47,972 bases of DNA, taken from Candidatus Deferrimicrobium sp. (lineage in GTDB: Archaea > Asgardarchaeota > Lokiarchaeia > Helarchaeales > HEL-GB-A). The stretch lies in assembly GCA_035531115.1 (NCBI GenBank), contig DATKTP010000150.1, positions 1 through 47,972 of the forward strand, read 5' to 3'. Below, one piece after another: positions 15,178 to 24,350 of the stretch. Made by a program: the position numbers and the translations under genes. The notes beneath the pieces were generated by a model, which saw only the letters and a list, made by a program, of their open reading frames with translations, was not told the origin of the DNA and made no database searches. Each line of letters begins with the position of its first letter. Within the stretch, counting starts at the first letter, position 1.

Positions 15178-16032
15178 TTATTTTTTCTCTTCTTTTTTCT
15201 CTTTTGCGTTGAGCCCAACCCGACACACTCGTTGACACTCGTTGCAAAACGGGAAAAATCCCATACGTGTAGCTAAATCCTGGTATTCCTGAATCTGTGG
15301 ATACTTCTGCGCATATTTAGAAACCATGATTAAAGCAGTTGGTCTTGCATCTACCCAATCTTTTGGCGGTTCCTCGACCTTGGTCAATCTCGCCCAACCA
15401 TCTACCCCCCAAAAGCATCGATTGAGATTAAAATTATAGGGTGTATAATTCTCACGAGCTAACGCACGCGGCGGGCACTTCTCACAACAATCAAAGCAGT
15501 GTTTACAGACCTTATCAATCAATTCAGGCCCATCTTCTTGTAAGGGGGCATCTGTTAAAATTGTGGCAAGTTGAACCCTCGGTCCCCATTCTGGTGTCAA
15601 AAGCAGATTATTTTGACCAATTTCACCTAGACCCGACAATTGCGCAATATAACGATGAGAAATTGTTCCTGCCCAACGTTTTTCATCTCTTCCAGGAACA
15701 TCTGGCGCAATTGGGGTTGCATTATAGCCTTTTTTCTCAAGGAACTTTGCAATACGCATCGTAATACGCGATAATTCTGCATTCATCTGCTGTTGAACTG
15801 CCACAAATACCCCTGCATGAATTAAATCATCTGTATGATCACAATCCATGGTCCCATCCGGGTATGCGAGCACAATTGAAATTGCAGTTTTTGCACCTTT
15901 AACCATATTCGGCGGAGTTGCATGTCCATGGGGCGGATCTTCCGCCAACGTTGCATCTGCAATTCCTACCTTATCTGCCCCCAATTCAAGGGCTAATTCT
16001 TTCACTTGTTTCGTTAATTCTTCGTCTGCCAA
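15178..16032 (-). CDS. QueG / reductive-dehalogenase-superfamily-like iron-sulfur protein
   Basis: AQLSGLGEIGQNNLLLTPEWGPRVQLATILTDAPL is followed by CKHCFDCCEKCPPRAL and a distal CNECQRVC. This resembles the epoxyqueuosine reductase core. Confidence 0.55.
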   Translation of the reverse strand: MADEELTKQVKELALELGADKVGIADATLAEDPPHGHATPPNMVKGAKTAISIVLAYPDGTMDCDHTDDLIHAGVFVAVQQQMNAELSRITMRIAKFLEKKGYNATPIAPDVPGRDEKRWAGTISHRYIAQLSGLGEIGQNNLLLTPEWGPRVQLATILTDAPLQEDGPELIDKVCKHCFDCCEKCPPRALARENYTPYNFNLNRCFWGVDGWARLTKVEEPPKDWVDARPTALIMVSKYAQKYPQIQEYQDLATRMGFFPFCNECQRVCRVGLNAKEKKEEKK

Positions 16033-16188
16033 CTTTAATGCCTCATGAGTTATTAATAACTGAAATTAGAATTTACTTAACTAATAAATTTAACTTGGAT
16101 TAAACATTTTTGATATTAAAATAGACTTTTTACTTAACAGCATTAACACCTAAAATAACCATTATAAAAGCGATACGAAAAAAATTTT

Positions 16189-16737
16189 TCATGGCTTAAA
16201 CCAAGTAAACATGTAATAAATAACTTTATCCATTGAAATAGTGGCGATGATAAATTTTTTTCGAACGGTGGTTGCCAATCGGCCCGCCCGAACCATTTCG
16301 ATGCTTGAAATCGCGGTATTATTTTGAAGACAATGGACAATGAAGGGCGCATGATCGATTCCGGGGCCGTGTTGGTAGACTGCAAAATCTGCTCCGAACT
16401 TCAATCCGGGCCTAACTATATAACCTCGATCCCGTAAATCACAATAGACTCGAAATTTCTCTTCGAATTCAACAAAATTAACAATTGCAATCCCTAATAG
16501 ATTCTGAGAATCTAACATTTTGTCATTGATCTTGTCATAGACTTCTATTTTATTTTTACTTAATAAATAAAGCGTTTCAAAAAGCGAAAGCTCAAGCGGC
16601 CGGTTGAATTCAAAAGATTTCGGTTTCCGAATACCCAGTGGTTTGCCATAAAAACCCTCTTTATATAATGAAGAACCTTCTTCATGGTTCCACACAATTA
16701 CCCGGTTCTGCAATAACTCTGCACGAATAGTACCCAT
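16189..16737 (-). CDS. endA: tRNA-splicing endonuclease
   Basis: 182 aa. The C-terminal catalytic domain reads GYIVRPGLKFGADFAVYQHGPGIDHAPFIVHC followed by RAGRLATTVRKKFIIA, with the Tyr/His/Lys catalytic context. Confidence 0.85.
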   Translation of the reverse strand: MGTIRAELLQNRVIVWNHEEGSSLYKEGFYGKPLGIRKPKSFEFNRPLELSLFETLYLLSKNKIEVYDKINDKMLDSQNLLGIAIVNFVEFEEKFRVYCDLRDRGYIVRPGLKFGADFAVYQHGPGIDHAPFIVHCLQNNTAISSIEMVRAGRLATTVRKKFIIATISMDKVIYYMFTWFKP

Positions 16738-16785
16738 GTTTTATCCTTCTTTCCCCTTAACAGATCTCAGCGAATTTAGTAAAAT

Positions 16786-17451
16786 TTAGAAAAATCCCTT
16801 CCGAGCTACCGCGATAATGCGAATTGCATCCGTAACTTTCTCTGTAATATCTGCCATTTCCTCTAGATGATCGATAAAACTCAATGCTTGTAAAAGAATC
16901 TTATGATCTATATTTAAGGAATAAATATGTTTGGTCATGTTTCGCTCAAGTTTATCAATCTCTCTCTCCATATCATAAATATTTTGAGCGATCGTTATTG
17001 AATTCTCCGAATTTTGCGTTAAGACAAAGATAGATTCCCGTAAGGTCATCATCATTTGAAAAAGTTTATCCATTATTTCTTTAATAAAATTAATGCTTTT
17101 CTCATCTGGTTTCCATGATTTTAAAATTCCCACTCGATGCCCGGTACCTTCTGCATAATCCACAATTTCATCAATAGTCATAACTAGCCGCATAAAATCT
17201 TCACGATGTAACATTGTTTCTGCTTGAGATAATTCATTCAGTATTTTCCACTTGATCGTATTCGCCTTATTTTCAATTTCTTGTAATTTTTCTACATGTG
17301 GTTCGATGCTCTCAGTTTTTCCTTCAGTCCAGACGTCAATCGCATTCCGTAATTCCTTAATTGAAGCAAGAACTTCTCGTAGATGATCCTGTAGCATATC
17401 TAATGCTTTCATTTCTTTACGGGTGTCTTCTTCGTTACTCATTTTGCTCAC
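16786..17451 (-). CDS. PhoU-like / DUF47-family helical protein
   Basis: This 221-aa all-helical protein has the pattern KANTIKWKILNELS...LHREDFMRLVMTIDEIVDYAE, similar to the DUF47 motif (eaD.i.r.i...reDi..L...iD.i.D). Confidence 0.5.
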   Translation of the reverse strand: MSKMSNEEDTRKEMKALDMLQDHLREVLASIKELRNAIDVWTEGKTESIEPHVEKLQEIENKANTIKWKILNELSQAETMLHREDFMRLVMTIDEIVDYAEGTGHRVGILKSWKPDEKSINFIKEIMDKLFQMMMTLRESIFVLTQNSENSITIAQNIYDMEREIDKLERNMTKHIYSLNIDHKILLQALSFIDHLEEMADITEKVTDAIRIIAVARKGFF

Positions 17452-17967
17452 GACTAAAATAATCTTATTTTAAATATTTTTTTTATTCTAATTAATTAAG
17501 CAATATTGGGTATTATAATTTACTATTTTAAGATATTGTTTGGATTTCATTTTTAATCCTTATTTACCTCTCTAATTCTGGATGATTTCCAAATTTCTTT
17601 TTAAATCCGATTATTCCAAAGCCCTGAATTTTTGCAAACGCTTTATTTGATATTATAATGTAAAATTTCATATTATTTCATTGATTTGATTTTAATCTCC
17701 TTCACTTAATAAATTGGAAAATCTTTGCTTTTTATGGCTCATCTTTATAATCTATAAATAACATCAAAGAAAAAAGATATTTACAACTTAGTCAAATTTA
17801 TATTACATAAATAATAGAATGAAATAGTTTAACAATGTCTTGATAAACATATCTTCAAGACCGAACGCGAATAGAATTAAGTTGTTTGGAATGTTTCAGA
17901 TAAACGAAGAGGATATTTTGAGGCGTTGTTAGACGTTTTTAGAAATATTGTGATGAAGTGAGGCGAT

Positions 17968-18624
17968 ATGGAAGATAGAGAGACTATCATTCAGCGGGTC
18001 ATCAATTTCCTCTATGAGGCATTGGACCGCTTTAAAGATACGATGAGTGATTTGAACCAGAATGTTTCCTCGCTAATGGACAGCTTAAAGAAAGCTGAAG
18101 GTGATCTTTCTGGCACAGGTATCGCTAGATCCTCGACGGACAGGTCTGCTGTTCTTTCAACTATTTCTGGTCGAGGCGTACCCACTACCTCTTCATCGCG
18201 TGAAAAATTAATTGCTTTACTTTCAGGAAGACCAATGACTCCTCCCACAGCTGCTCCCGCAGCAGCGGTTCCTAGACCTGCTATGCCTCCAGCAGCCGGG
18301 CCTCCACGGCCTCCAGCAGCCGGACCTCAAGCCGCAGGACCTCCACGGCCTCCAGCAGCCGGGCCTCCAGCCGCAGGGATTCCACCACGCCCACCAGCTG
18401 CCGCTGTGCCATCGGCGGGTCCTCCTCGCGTTCCAGTAGCTGGCCCTCCTCTGGCGGCTCCCCCCACAATGGCACCTGCCGCTCGTCCTCCTACCCCTAT
18501 GCCCACCGCAGCGCCAGCCAGTGCAGCCGCTGGTGCAGGAAGCGCACCAACAATTTCAGGCTTACGTGATGAGATGTTGAAGGAATTGAAACGTTTAAAA
18601 AGTATAATGAAAGGCGAAAAATAA
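17968..18624 (+). CDS. coiled-coil protein with long Pro/Ala-rich repeat region
   Basis: GTGAGG lies upstream of the ATG. The N-terminus is helical, aa ~90-195 contain PPAAGPPRPPAAGPQAAGPPRPPAAGPPAAGIPPRPPAA, and the C-terminus is an amphipathic helix LRDEMLKELKRLKSIMKG. Confidence 0.6.
   Translation: MEDRETIIQRVINFLYEALDRFKDTMSDLNQNVSSLMDSLKKAEGDLSGTGIARSSTDRSAVLSTISGRGVPTTSSSREKLIALLSGRPMTPPTAAPAAAVPRPAMPPAAGPPRPPAAGPQAAGPPRPPAAGPPAAGIPPRPPAAAVPSAGPPRVPVAGPPLAAPPTMAPAARPPTPMPTAAPASAAAGAGSAPTISGLRDEMLKELKRLKSIMKGEK
18285..18372 (+). repeat. in-frame tandem DNA repeat, period 39 nt, inside the Pro/Ala-rich coding region
   Basis: cctccacggcctccagcagccgg occurs at 18301 and again at 18340. 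A partial copy gcctccagcagccggg lies at 18285. Confidence 0.7.
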
Positions 18625-18860
18625 GTAAAAATCTGAAAGAAAGAGGTAAACTCCTCCTTTTTTCATTTTAACTGGATTTCCTATTGATTTTTACGAGAGC
18701 TCATAAAATAAAAGGCAAGGACTCTATCTTGAACACAATGATTAAATATTTATTCAACAATTGAAAAAAATATTTGTAAGATTATGAAAAAAAAGGGTGC
18801 TTAAAAAGAGATATTAATTCAACAGAAGGACCGAACCTAAAAAGAATACAATAAAAAGAG

Positions 18861-19139
18861 ATGAAGATCATGCCAAAAATTGATAAAGATGCGTTTATCA
18901 AAAGAGTATACGAAATAGTCAATGAAATGAAAATTCCCCTCATTGATGATCGTGTCTATAATAAATGCCTTCTTGCGAAGGGACGAACCAGCGTAGAAAT
19001 ACTGTTCAAGTACGACGGTGATGAATCAGTCATCAAAGGCTTTCTTGGATTGGCTGACTACTACCATACTGTCGTAGTACGAAAGCAATACTCGTTTTTT
19101 ATCCCCCATAGTGCCATCGTTTTTGAATTGACCGTCTAA
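18861..19139 (+). CDS. hypothetical protein (92 aa)
   Basis: An isolated ORF with protein-like composition. I recognised no motif. Confidence 0.35.
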   Translation: MKIMPKIDKDAFIKRVYEIVNEMKIPLIDDRVYNKCLLAKGRTSVEILFKYDGDESVIKGFLGLADYYHTVVVRKQYSFFIPHSAIVFELTV

Positions 19140-19370
19140 TCACTTTTTTTTTCCTCGCAATTTTTTATATTTACTTTTATTTAGTAGAAGATTTATTGCT
19201 ATCTTCCTATCTAATTAGATATTTATATTACTTAAAAATGAGTAAGAACTTTTATATTTTAAAATTTCAGAATGTAAAAAGAAGGATTCTTTATACTTAA
19301 ATTCAAAAAAAAAAGATATTCAATAAATTACTCAAAAGTGAGTAGTACGAAAAATAGATAGTGAATTAAA

Positions 19371-20027
19371 ATGACGCAAGAGACAAAACTCGTTGGATCT
19401 AGGAACAATATTATTATTATTGCTGCAGGTGCAATTTTTGGTGCCTTATCTATGGCTCTCTCTCCATTTACTGGTTCAATTCCAAAAATATCGGTAGGTT
19501 GGGGTATGTCAATTTTAGATCCTATTAGTATTATTTGGTTAATTTGCTTTCTGATTTTTGGCTGGAAATCAGGCTTGCTTGCTTCTGGAATAGGCACTGT
19601 AGGAATTGCTCTATTATCTCCAGAACCAGTAGCATGGTTAGGCGCCTTAATGAAATTCTCTGCTACAATTTCATTTATAATTGTTCCTACAATATTAGCA
19701 AAATTACGTGATCTCAAAGCGATTGAATTTAAAAGGTTAAAGATTTATGGATCTTCAAGTGGATTAGCAATCCTTCTTCGATGCGCATTAATGATTCCCA
19801 TGAATATTTTTTTCGCAATGGGGATATATGCTGCTTTTTTTGGTATGTCTCTCCAAGAAGTTATAAATGTTATGACAATCTGGCTTGCTCCGATTGGATT
19901 AACTGGTTGGGGCGCTGTAATTCTAACAATTGCTGTAATGAACATTTGGCAAAGTCTCTGGGATATTGCTGTGCCGTATCTTGTCGTATTTCCGACTAAA
20001 ATTGCTGAAAGTTACGCAACCTGGTAA
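19371..20027 (+). CDS. integral membrane protein (about 5-6 TM), ECF S-component-like
   Basis: Hydrophobic segments run throughout (IIIIAAGAIFGALSMAL, ISIIWLICFLIFGW, GAVILTIAVMNIW). Its size and layout resemble vitamin-transporter S components. It is convergent with the riboflavin reductase gene. Confidence 0.5.
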   Translation: MTQETKLVGSRNNIIIIAAGAIFGALSMALSPFTGSIPKISVGWGMSILDPISIIWLICFLIFGWKSGLLASGIGTVGIALLSPEPVAWLGALMKFSATISFIIVPTILAKLRDLKAIEFKRLKIYGSSSGLAILLRCALMIPMNIFFAMGIYAAFFGMSLQEVINVMTIWLAPIGLTGWGAVILTIAVMNIWQSLWDIAVPYLVVFPTKIAESYATW

Positions 20028-20058
20028 AAATTTTCTGTTTCTAACTTCATTTTTCTTT

Positions 20059-20739
20059 TTAAAATAATGCTTTGTAGTATAAGACGACATTATAGCCTAT
20101 TTGATCAATATAATCAAGTTCTAAATGAAATCCTTCGCAAACTGATTCAAATCCTAAGCCATCGACTAAAGTTGTAGCGCTTTTCCCCCCTACAAGTACT
20201 GGCGCAATTGCCACTCTCACTTCATCAATAAATTTATTTTCTATCATGCTAAAATTTAAAGTACCTCCTCCTTCAAGTAATACCTTTTTTATATTCATTT
20301 TTACAAGAAATTCCATGACTTTTTTTAAATCAACCTGGTTTTTTTCTCCAGTTTCAAGGATTTGTGCTCCTTTATTTTTTAATTGTTGGATTTTTGATTT
20401 TGGTGCTTTATTGGTAACTGCAATTAAAACTGGATAAATTGAAAGATCCATATTGAAAAGATTCGCATTTGGGGGTGTATGTGCTATACTATCTATAATA
20501 ACACGCAAAAACTTATTCGGAGTATAGTTTTTAATATAAAGTTTTGGATCATCTTTTAAGATTGTGTTAATTCCAACCATAATTGCATCCATTTCACTAC
20601 GTAATTTATGAACACGCTTCCAATCTGCCTCTGATGAAAATTCAGCGTCGCCAGAAATAGTGGCTATTTTGCCATCGAGGCTCATTGCTGCATTTAAAAT
20701 GACATATGGTCGATTCTTAAGGTTCTTCTCACTGGGCAT
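20059..20739 (-). CDS. 2,5-diamino-6-ribosylamino-4(3H)-pyrimidinone 5'-phosphate reductase (RibD C-terminal domain type; archaeal ArfC-like)
   Basis: 226 aa. It has RPYVILNAAMSLDGKIAT, a DAIMVGINTILKDDPKL motif and LLEGGGTLNFS, typical of the RibD_C reductase family. Confidence 0.8.
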   Translation of the reverse strand: MPSEKNLKNRPYVILNAAMSLDGKIATISGDAEFSSEADWKRVHKLRSEMDAIMVGINTILKDDPKLYIKNYTPNKFLRVIIDSIAHTPPNANLFNMDLSIYPVLIAVTNKAPKSKIQQLKNKGAQILETGEKNQVDLKKVMEFLVKMNIKKVLLEGGGTLNFSMIENKFIDEVRVAIAPVLVGGKSATTLVDGLGFESVCEGFHLELDYIDQIGYNVVLYYKALF

Positions 20740-21898
20740 AGATTAATGTTCCTCCAATAAAAACACCCTTTACATTTAGTGGATTTGCTCTCAGGATGAG
20801 TGCATCGTATAAAGATGTTAATGGACAAAGATTTGGGGCATTTAAATCAATCAAAAAGAAATTGGCCATTTTCCCTACATTTAAAGATCCAATATCCTGT
20901 TCTAATTTTAAGGCTCTAGCTGGATTTATGGTAACCATTTTCAAAATTTCAAAGGAAGAGATACAATTAATTCCAAATTTCTCTCTGGCAGATTTAAATA
21001 GGAATTCCATTTCTCGAAAGAGATTTAAATTATTGATCATAACATTATCACTTCCTAGACATGTCAAAATCTTATATTTATTAAGGAGCAATAGCGGGGG
21101 ATATCCCACGCCTAGATGTGAATTAGATCGTGGGCAAATTACTACAGCTCTATGTTGTTCAGCAATTTCTTTAATGTCTTCTTCATCTGCCCATGTAATA
21201 TGAATTAAGATATCTGCATCAAGTACTTCTAATGCTCGTCGGATATCTGATTTTTCAAATTTTTTCAAAGCAAAGGACCGCTCTTCTTTGGTTTCAGAAG
21301 CATGGGTTAATATTAATTTTTGAGAGTTCTTACAATTATTTTTGAGATAATTCAAATCAATATCCGAATATATATTAGACGAACTAAGCCCAAGAGCTTC
21401 ACATTTTTTAAGCACTTTTGGAAATGATTCTAAATCTGGAAAGGGTCGCCCACATATTATTGCATTCATTGGGTGATTTTCAAGAACTTGCTTGAGAGAA
21501 TCTATTCCAGTCTCTCCAGATTCACGAAAATCCACAAATGTCGTAATTCCACAAGAAATCATTTCTCGGATGGCAAAAATTAATCCTTTTTTTAAATCCT
21601 CATCCGAAATTTCACTCAATAATCGATGCTTCAACCCATATGGGGGTTCCACCAACTCCTGAATTGATAGATTTAATCCTTGATCCTTCGCAAAGCTATC
21701 CCCAATATGTGTATGTGCATTGATAAATCCTGGCACCACTGCGCACTTCGGATAGTGTAATTGAGCCTCCCTATTCGATTGGTCAACTTGGATATCTTGA
21801 ATTAAATTATTTCTAATTGTTAATATGACGTTCTTTTTTAATTCCAGATTGTCTCCTAGTAATCCGAACCTACAAAAAATTGTTTTTATTTCTGGCAT
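20729..21898 (-). CDS. metal-dependent amidohydrolase-superfamily deaminase/chlorohydrolase-like protein
   Basis: It has VVPGFINAHTHIGDS (HxH metal motif), a later LTHASE, and LGSDN (metal Asp). Its stop overlaps the start of the downstream reductase gene by 11 nt (ATGCCCAGTGA). Confidence 0.8.
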   Translation of the reverse strand: MPEIKTIFCRFGLLGDNLELKKNVILTIRNNLIQDIQVDQSNREAQLHYPKCAVVPGFINAHTHIGDSFAKDQGLNLSIQELVEPPYGLKHRLLSEISDEDLKKGLIFAIREMISCGITTFVDFRESGETGIDSLKQVLENHPMNAIICGRPFPDLESFPKVLKKCEALGLSSSNIYSDIDLNYLKNNCKNSQKLILTHASETKEERSFALKKFEKSDIRRALEVLDADILIHITWADEEDIKEIAEQHRAVVICPRSNSHLGVGYPPLLLLNKYKILTCLGSDNVMINNLNLFREMEFLFKSAREKFGINCISSFEILKMVTINPARALKLEQDIGSLNVGKMANFFLIDLNAPNLCPLTSLYDALILRANPLNVKGVFIGGTLIYAQ

Positions 21899-21935
21899 TT
21901 AAGAAAAATCCAAATATTTTATCCTTAATAATCAT

Positions 21936-23141
21936 TTGATGCACCCTATAATAGAAAAGATTTTACCTCAATTGAATCCCCCAACAGATGAAATAATTCA
22001 AAAAATTTTGGACAATCAACCAGTAAAATCGAAAGAGGTTTATTCATTATATGAAATTCCTTTTAACCACTATCCTTTCCTTTTCCTGATCGCGAATTAT
22101 TTAAGGCAAGAAGCAAATCAAAATGTTATCAGTTACTCTAAAAATGTCTTTATCGATATTACTCACTTATGTCGAAATAATTGCTCATATTGTGGATTCC
22201 GGCAAGAGCCGATCGAACTGAATTCAGTTATATTACGACCCGAAAAAATTATAGAGATCGCTCGAAAAGCAAAGGATTTAGGATGTAAAGAAGCCCTGCT
22301 TACAATGGGCGAAAAACCAGAACTCAAATATGATATATATAGGACTATTTTACGTTCCCTAGGGAATTATTCCACCACTATTGAATATTTGCGAGACGTA
22401 TGTGAAAAAATATTTAATGAAACGGGTCTTTTACCTCATAGTAATCCTGGTATTATGGAACGAGATGAGTTGAGCGAATTAAAAGAAGTTAATGCAAGTT
22501 TAGGGTTAATGCTTGAAAATGTGAGTGGGCGATTACTATCGAAAGGAGCTCCTCATGAACTTAGTCCTGGAAAAGCGCCAAAATTAAGATTAAACACAAT
22601 AAAACTCGCTGGAGAATTAAAAATTCCCTTTACGACAGGTATTTTAGTCGGAATTGGGGAATCATATCAAGAGCAGATTGATTCGCTTCTTGAAATAAAG
22701 AAATTAAATGACAAATTTGGTCATATCCAAGAAATAATTATTCAGAATTTTCTCCCTAAGAAGAATACCCCTATGGAACAGCATAGCCCGCCTTCAATAA
22801 TTGAAATGATGAAACTTGTCTGCCTTGCGCGAATCATTTTTAATGGCAAAATGAATATTCAAGTGCCCCCTAATTTGAATCCAAATAGTTTGGAATTATT
22901 ATTAATGAGTGGAACTAATGATTGGGGTGGAATTTCTCCACTCACACAAGATTACGTCAATCCCGAAAGAAAATGGCCCTCCATTCAACACCTAATGGAA
23001 ATAACTCATCAAACTGGCTTTATTATAAAAGAACGTCTTCCTATTTATCCTGAATTTGTAAAAAAAGATACATTTATATCACTAAAATTTAAGGATCACA
23101 TCAAATCTTTAACGGATGAAACAGGTTTTGTTAAACCATGA
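21936..23141 (+). CDS. cofG: FO (7,8-didemethyl-8-hydroxy-5-deazariboflavin) synthase subunit CofG, radical SAM
   Basis: NVFIDITHLCRNNCSYCGF carries the CxxxCxxC motif in the CofG context. The likely ATG is at 21939. Its stop overlaps the cofH start by 4 nt. Confidence 0.85.
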   Translation: MMHPIIEKILPQLNPPTDEIIQKILDNQPVKSKEVYSLYEIPFNHYPFLFLIANYLRQEANQNVISYSKNVFIDITHLCRNNCSYCGFRQEPIELNSVILRPEKIIEIARKAKDLGCKEALLTMGEKPELKYDIYRTILRSLGNYSTTIEYLRDVCEKIFNETGLLPHSNPGIMERDELSELKEVNASLGLMLENVSGRLLSKGAPHELSPGKAPKLRLNTIKLAGELKIPFTTGILVGIGESYQEQIDSLLEIKKLNDKFGHIQEIIIQNFLPKKNTPMEQHSPPSIIEMMKLVCLARIIFNGKMNIQVPPNLNPNSLELLLMSGTNDWGGISPLTQDYVNPERKWPSIQHLMEITHQTGFIIKERLPIYPEFVKKDTFISLKFKDHIKSLTDETGFVKP

Positions 23142-24295
23142 AAAAACAAAGTGATACTATTCGAAATCTCGAAAAATTTCTCGATGCAATTGATCCAGAG
23201 ACGGCTTCCATCTTGAATAGATTCCTTGATGGAAAAAAGAACTTAAAGGGCACTGAAGCAATTGAATTATTCCATACAACTGGATTAGAATTTCAAGCAT
23301 TATTGTTTATTGCAGATTTTATTCAAAAGCAAGTCAATAAAGATGTTGTTACCTTTGTTATTAACCGAAATATTAACTTCACTAATATTTGCACAAGTAA
23401 TTGCCAATTCTGTTCATTTAGTGTCAAACCTTCTGCATCTGATGCTTTTTTCTTAGAGGATGCTGAGATTTTAAAAAGAGCCAAGGAAGCCGTAAAAATT
23501 GGTGCTACAGAGGTTTGTATTCAAGGGGGCTTAGCCCCGAATTTAAATATTTATTCATATTCTCATATCATTGAATTATTAAAACAAGAACTCCCTAATT
23601 TGCATATTCATGGGTTTTCGCCCATGGAAGTATACTATGGATCAAGGAATTCAGATATTTCTATTCAGGAGGGTTTACGGATTTTAAAAGAAGCAGGATT
23701 AGATAGTATGCCTGGAACTGCTGCAGAAATATTAGTGGATGAAATCAGGAAAAAAATCTGTCCAAATAAAATGGATGTAGCAAATTGGGTGAAGACAATA
23801 AAAACTGCACATAATTTGGGAATTCCAACGAGTTCAACTATTATGTATGGACATATCGATTCAATTGAAGATCGTGTCAAACATCTAGAAATTCTTAGGG
23901 ACATTCAAAAAGAAACCCACGGATTTACGGAATTTGTTCCCCTATCATTCATGTATTGGAATACCAAAATATTTAAGGAGGGTATCGCAATGCCAGGATC
24001 TACTGGGATGGATGATTTAAAGATGTATGCTATTTCCCGATTGTTTTTTCATGGATTAATTAACAACATTCAAGTTTCATGGGTAAAGTTAGGTCCCAAA
24101 CTCGCTCAAATCGCCTTAAATGTAGGTTGCAATGATTTTGGTGGGACCCTTATGGATGAAAATATTTCGAAATCGGCAGGTGCCTCTTTTGGAGAATATT
24201 TACCCCCTAGCGAATTCATCCACCTAATAAAGGACGCGGGAAGAATTCCAGCCCAGCGCGATACGGTCTATAAAATTCTCAAAAATTTCACTTGA
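23138..24295 (+). CDS. cofH: FO synthase subunit CofH, radical SAM
   Basis: VINRNINFTNICTSNCQFCSF carries the CofH/MqnE-type CxxxCxxC context. 385 aa. It has an ATGA overlap with cofG. Confidence 0.85.
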   Translation: MKKQSDTIRNLEKFLDAIDPETASILNRFLDGKKNLKGTEAIELFHTTGLEFQALLFIADFIQKQVNKDVVTFVINRNINFTNICTSNCQFCSFSVKPSASDAFFLEDAEILKRAKEAVKIGATEVCIQGGLAPNLNIYSYSHIIELLKQELPNLHIHGFSPMEVYYGSRNSDISIQEGLRILKEAGLDSMPGTAAEILVDEIRKKICPNKMDVANWVKTIKTAHNLGIPTSSTIMYGHIDSIEDRVKHLEILRDIQKETHGFTEFVPLSFMYWNTKIFKEGIAMPGSTGMDDLKMYAISRLFFHGLINNIQVSWVKLGPKLAQIALNVGCNDFGGTLMDENISKSAGASFGEYLPPSEFIHLIKDAGRIPAQRDTVYKILKNFT

Positions 24296-24350
24296 ATTTT
24301 CGCCATATCTTAAAAAGAGATGAATAGAAGTGATTTATTATTTAATATAA

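Noticed and set aside
16143-16385. An 80-aa minus-strand ORF overlapping the 3' end of endA in another frame
   Set aside because: It overlaps the conserved catalytic region of EndA and has no independent start context or motif.
17567-17671. A 34-codon minus-strand ORF (MKFYIIISNKAFAKIQGFGIIGFKKKFGNHPELER) in the 516-nt intergenic region; it faintly resembles the N-terminus of EVE/ASCH-type proteins
   Set aside because: It is too short and terminates abruptly. At best it is a gene remnant, and no supporting context exists.
18012-18475. Antisense ORFs 18012-18248 and 18281-18475 inside the Pro/Ala-rich gene
   Set aside because: They lie opposite a GC-rich repeat where stop codons are rare on both strands. 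Their sequences are low-complexity mirror images (LLEA/RLEV repeats). The sense-strand ORF has a start context and flanking structured regions.
18553-18624. The C-terminal helix LRDEMLKELKRLKSIMKG, tested against the ESCRT-III MIM1 consensus (D/E)xxLxxRLxxL(K/R)
   Set aside because: No register satisfies the consensus because the R-L pair is out of phase with the flanking Leu positions. It is kept only as a generic amphipathic helix.
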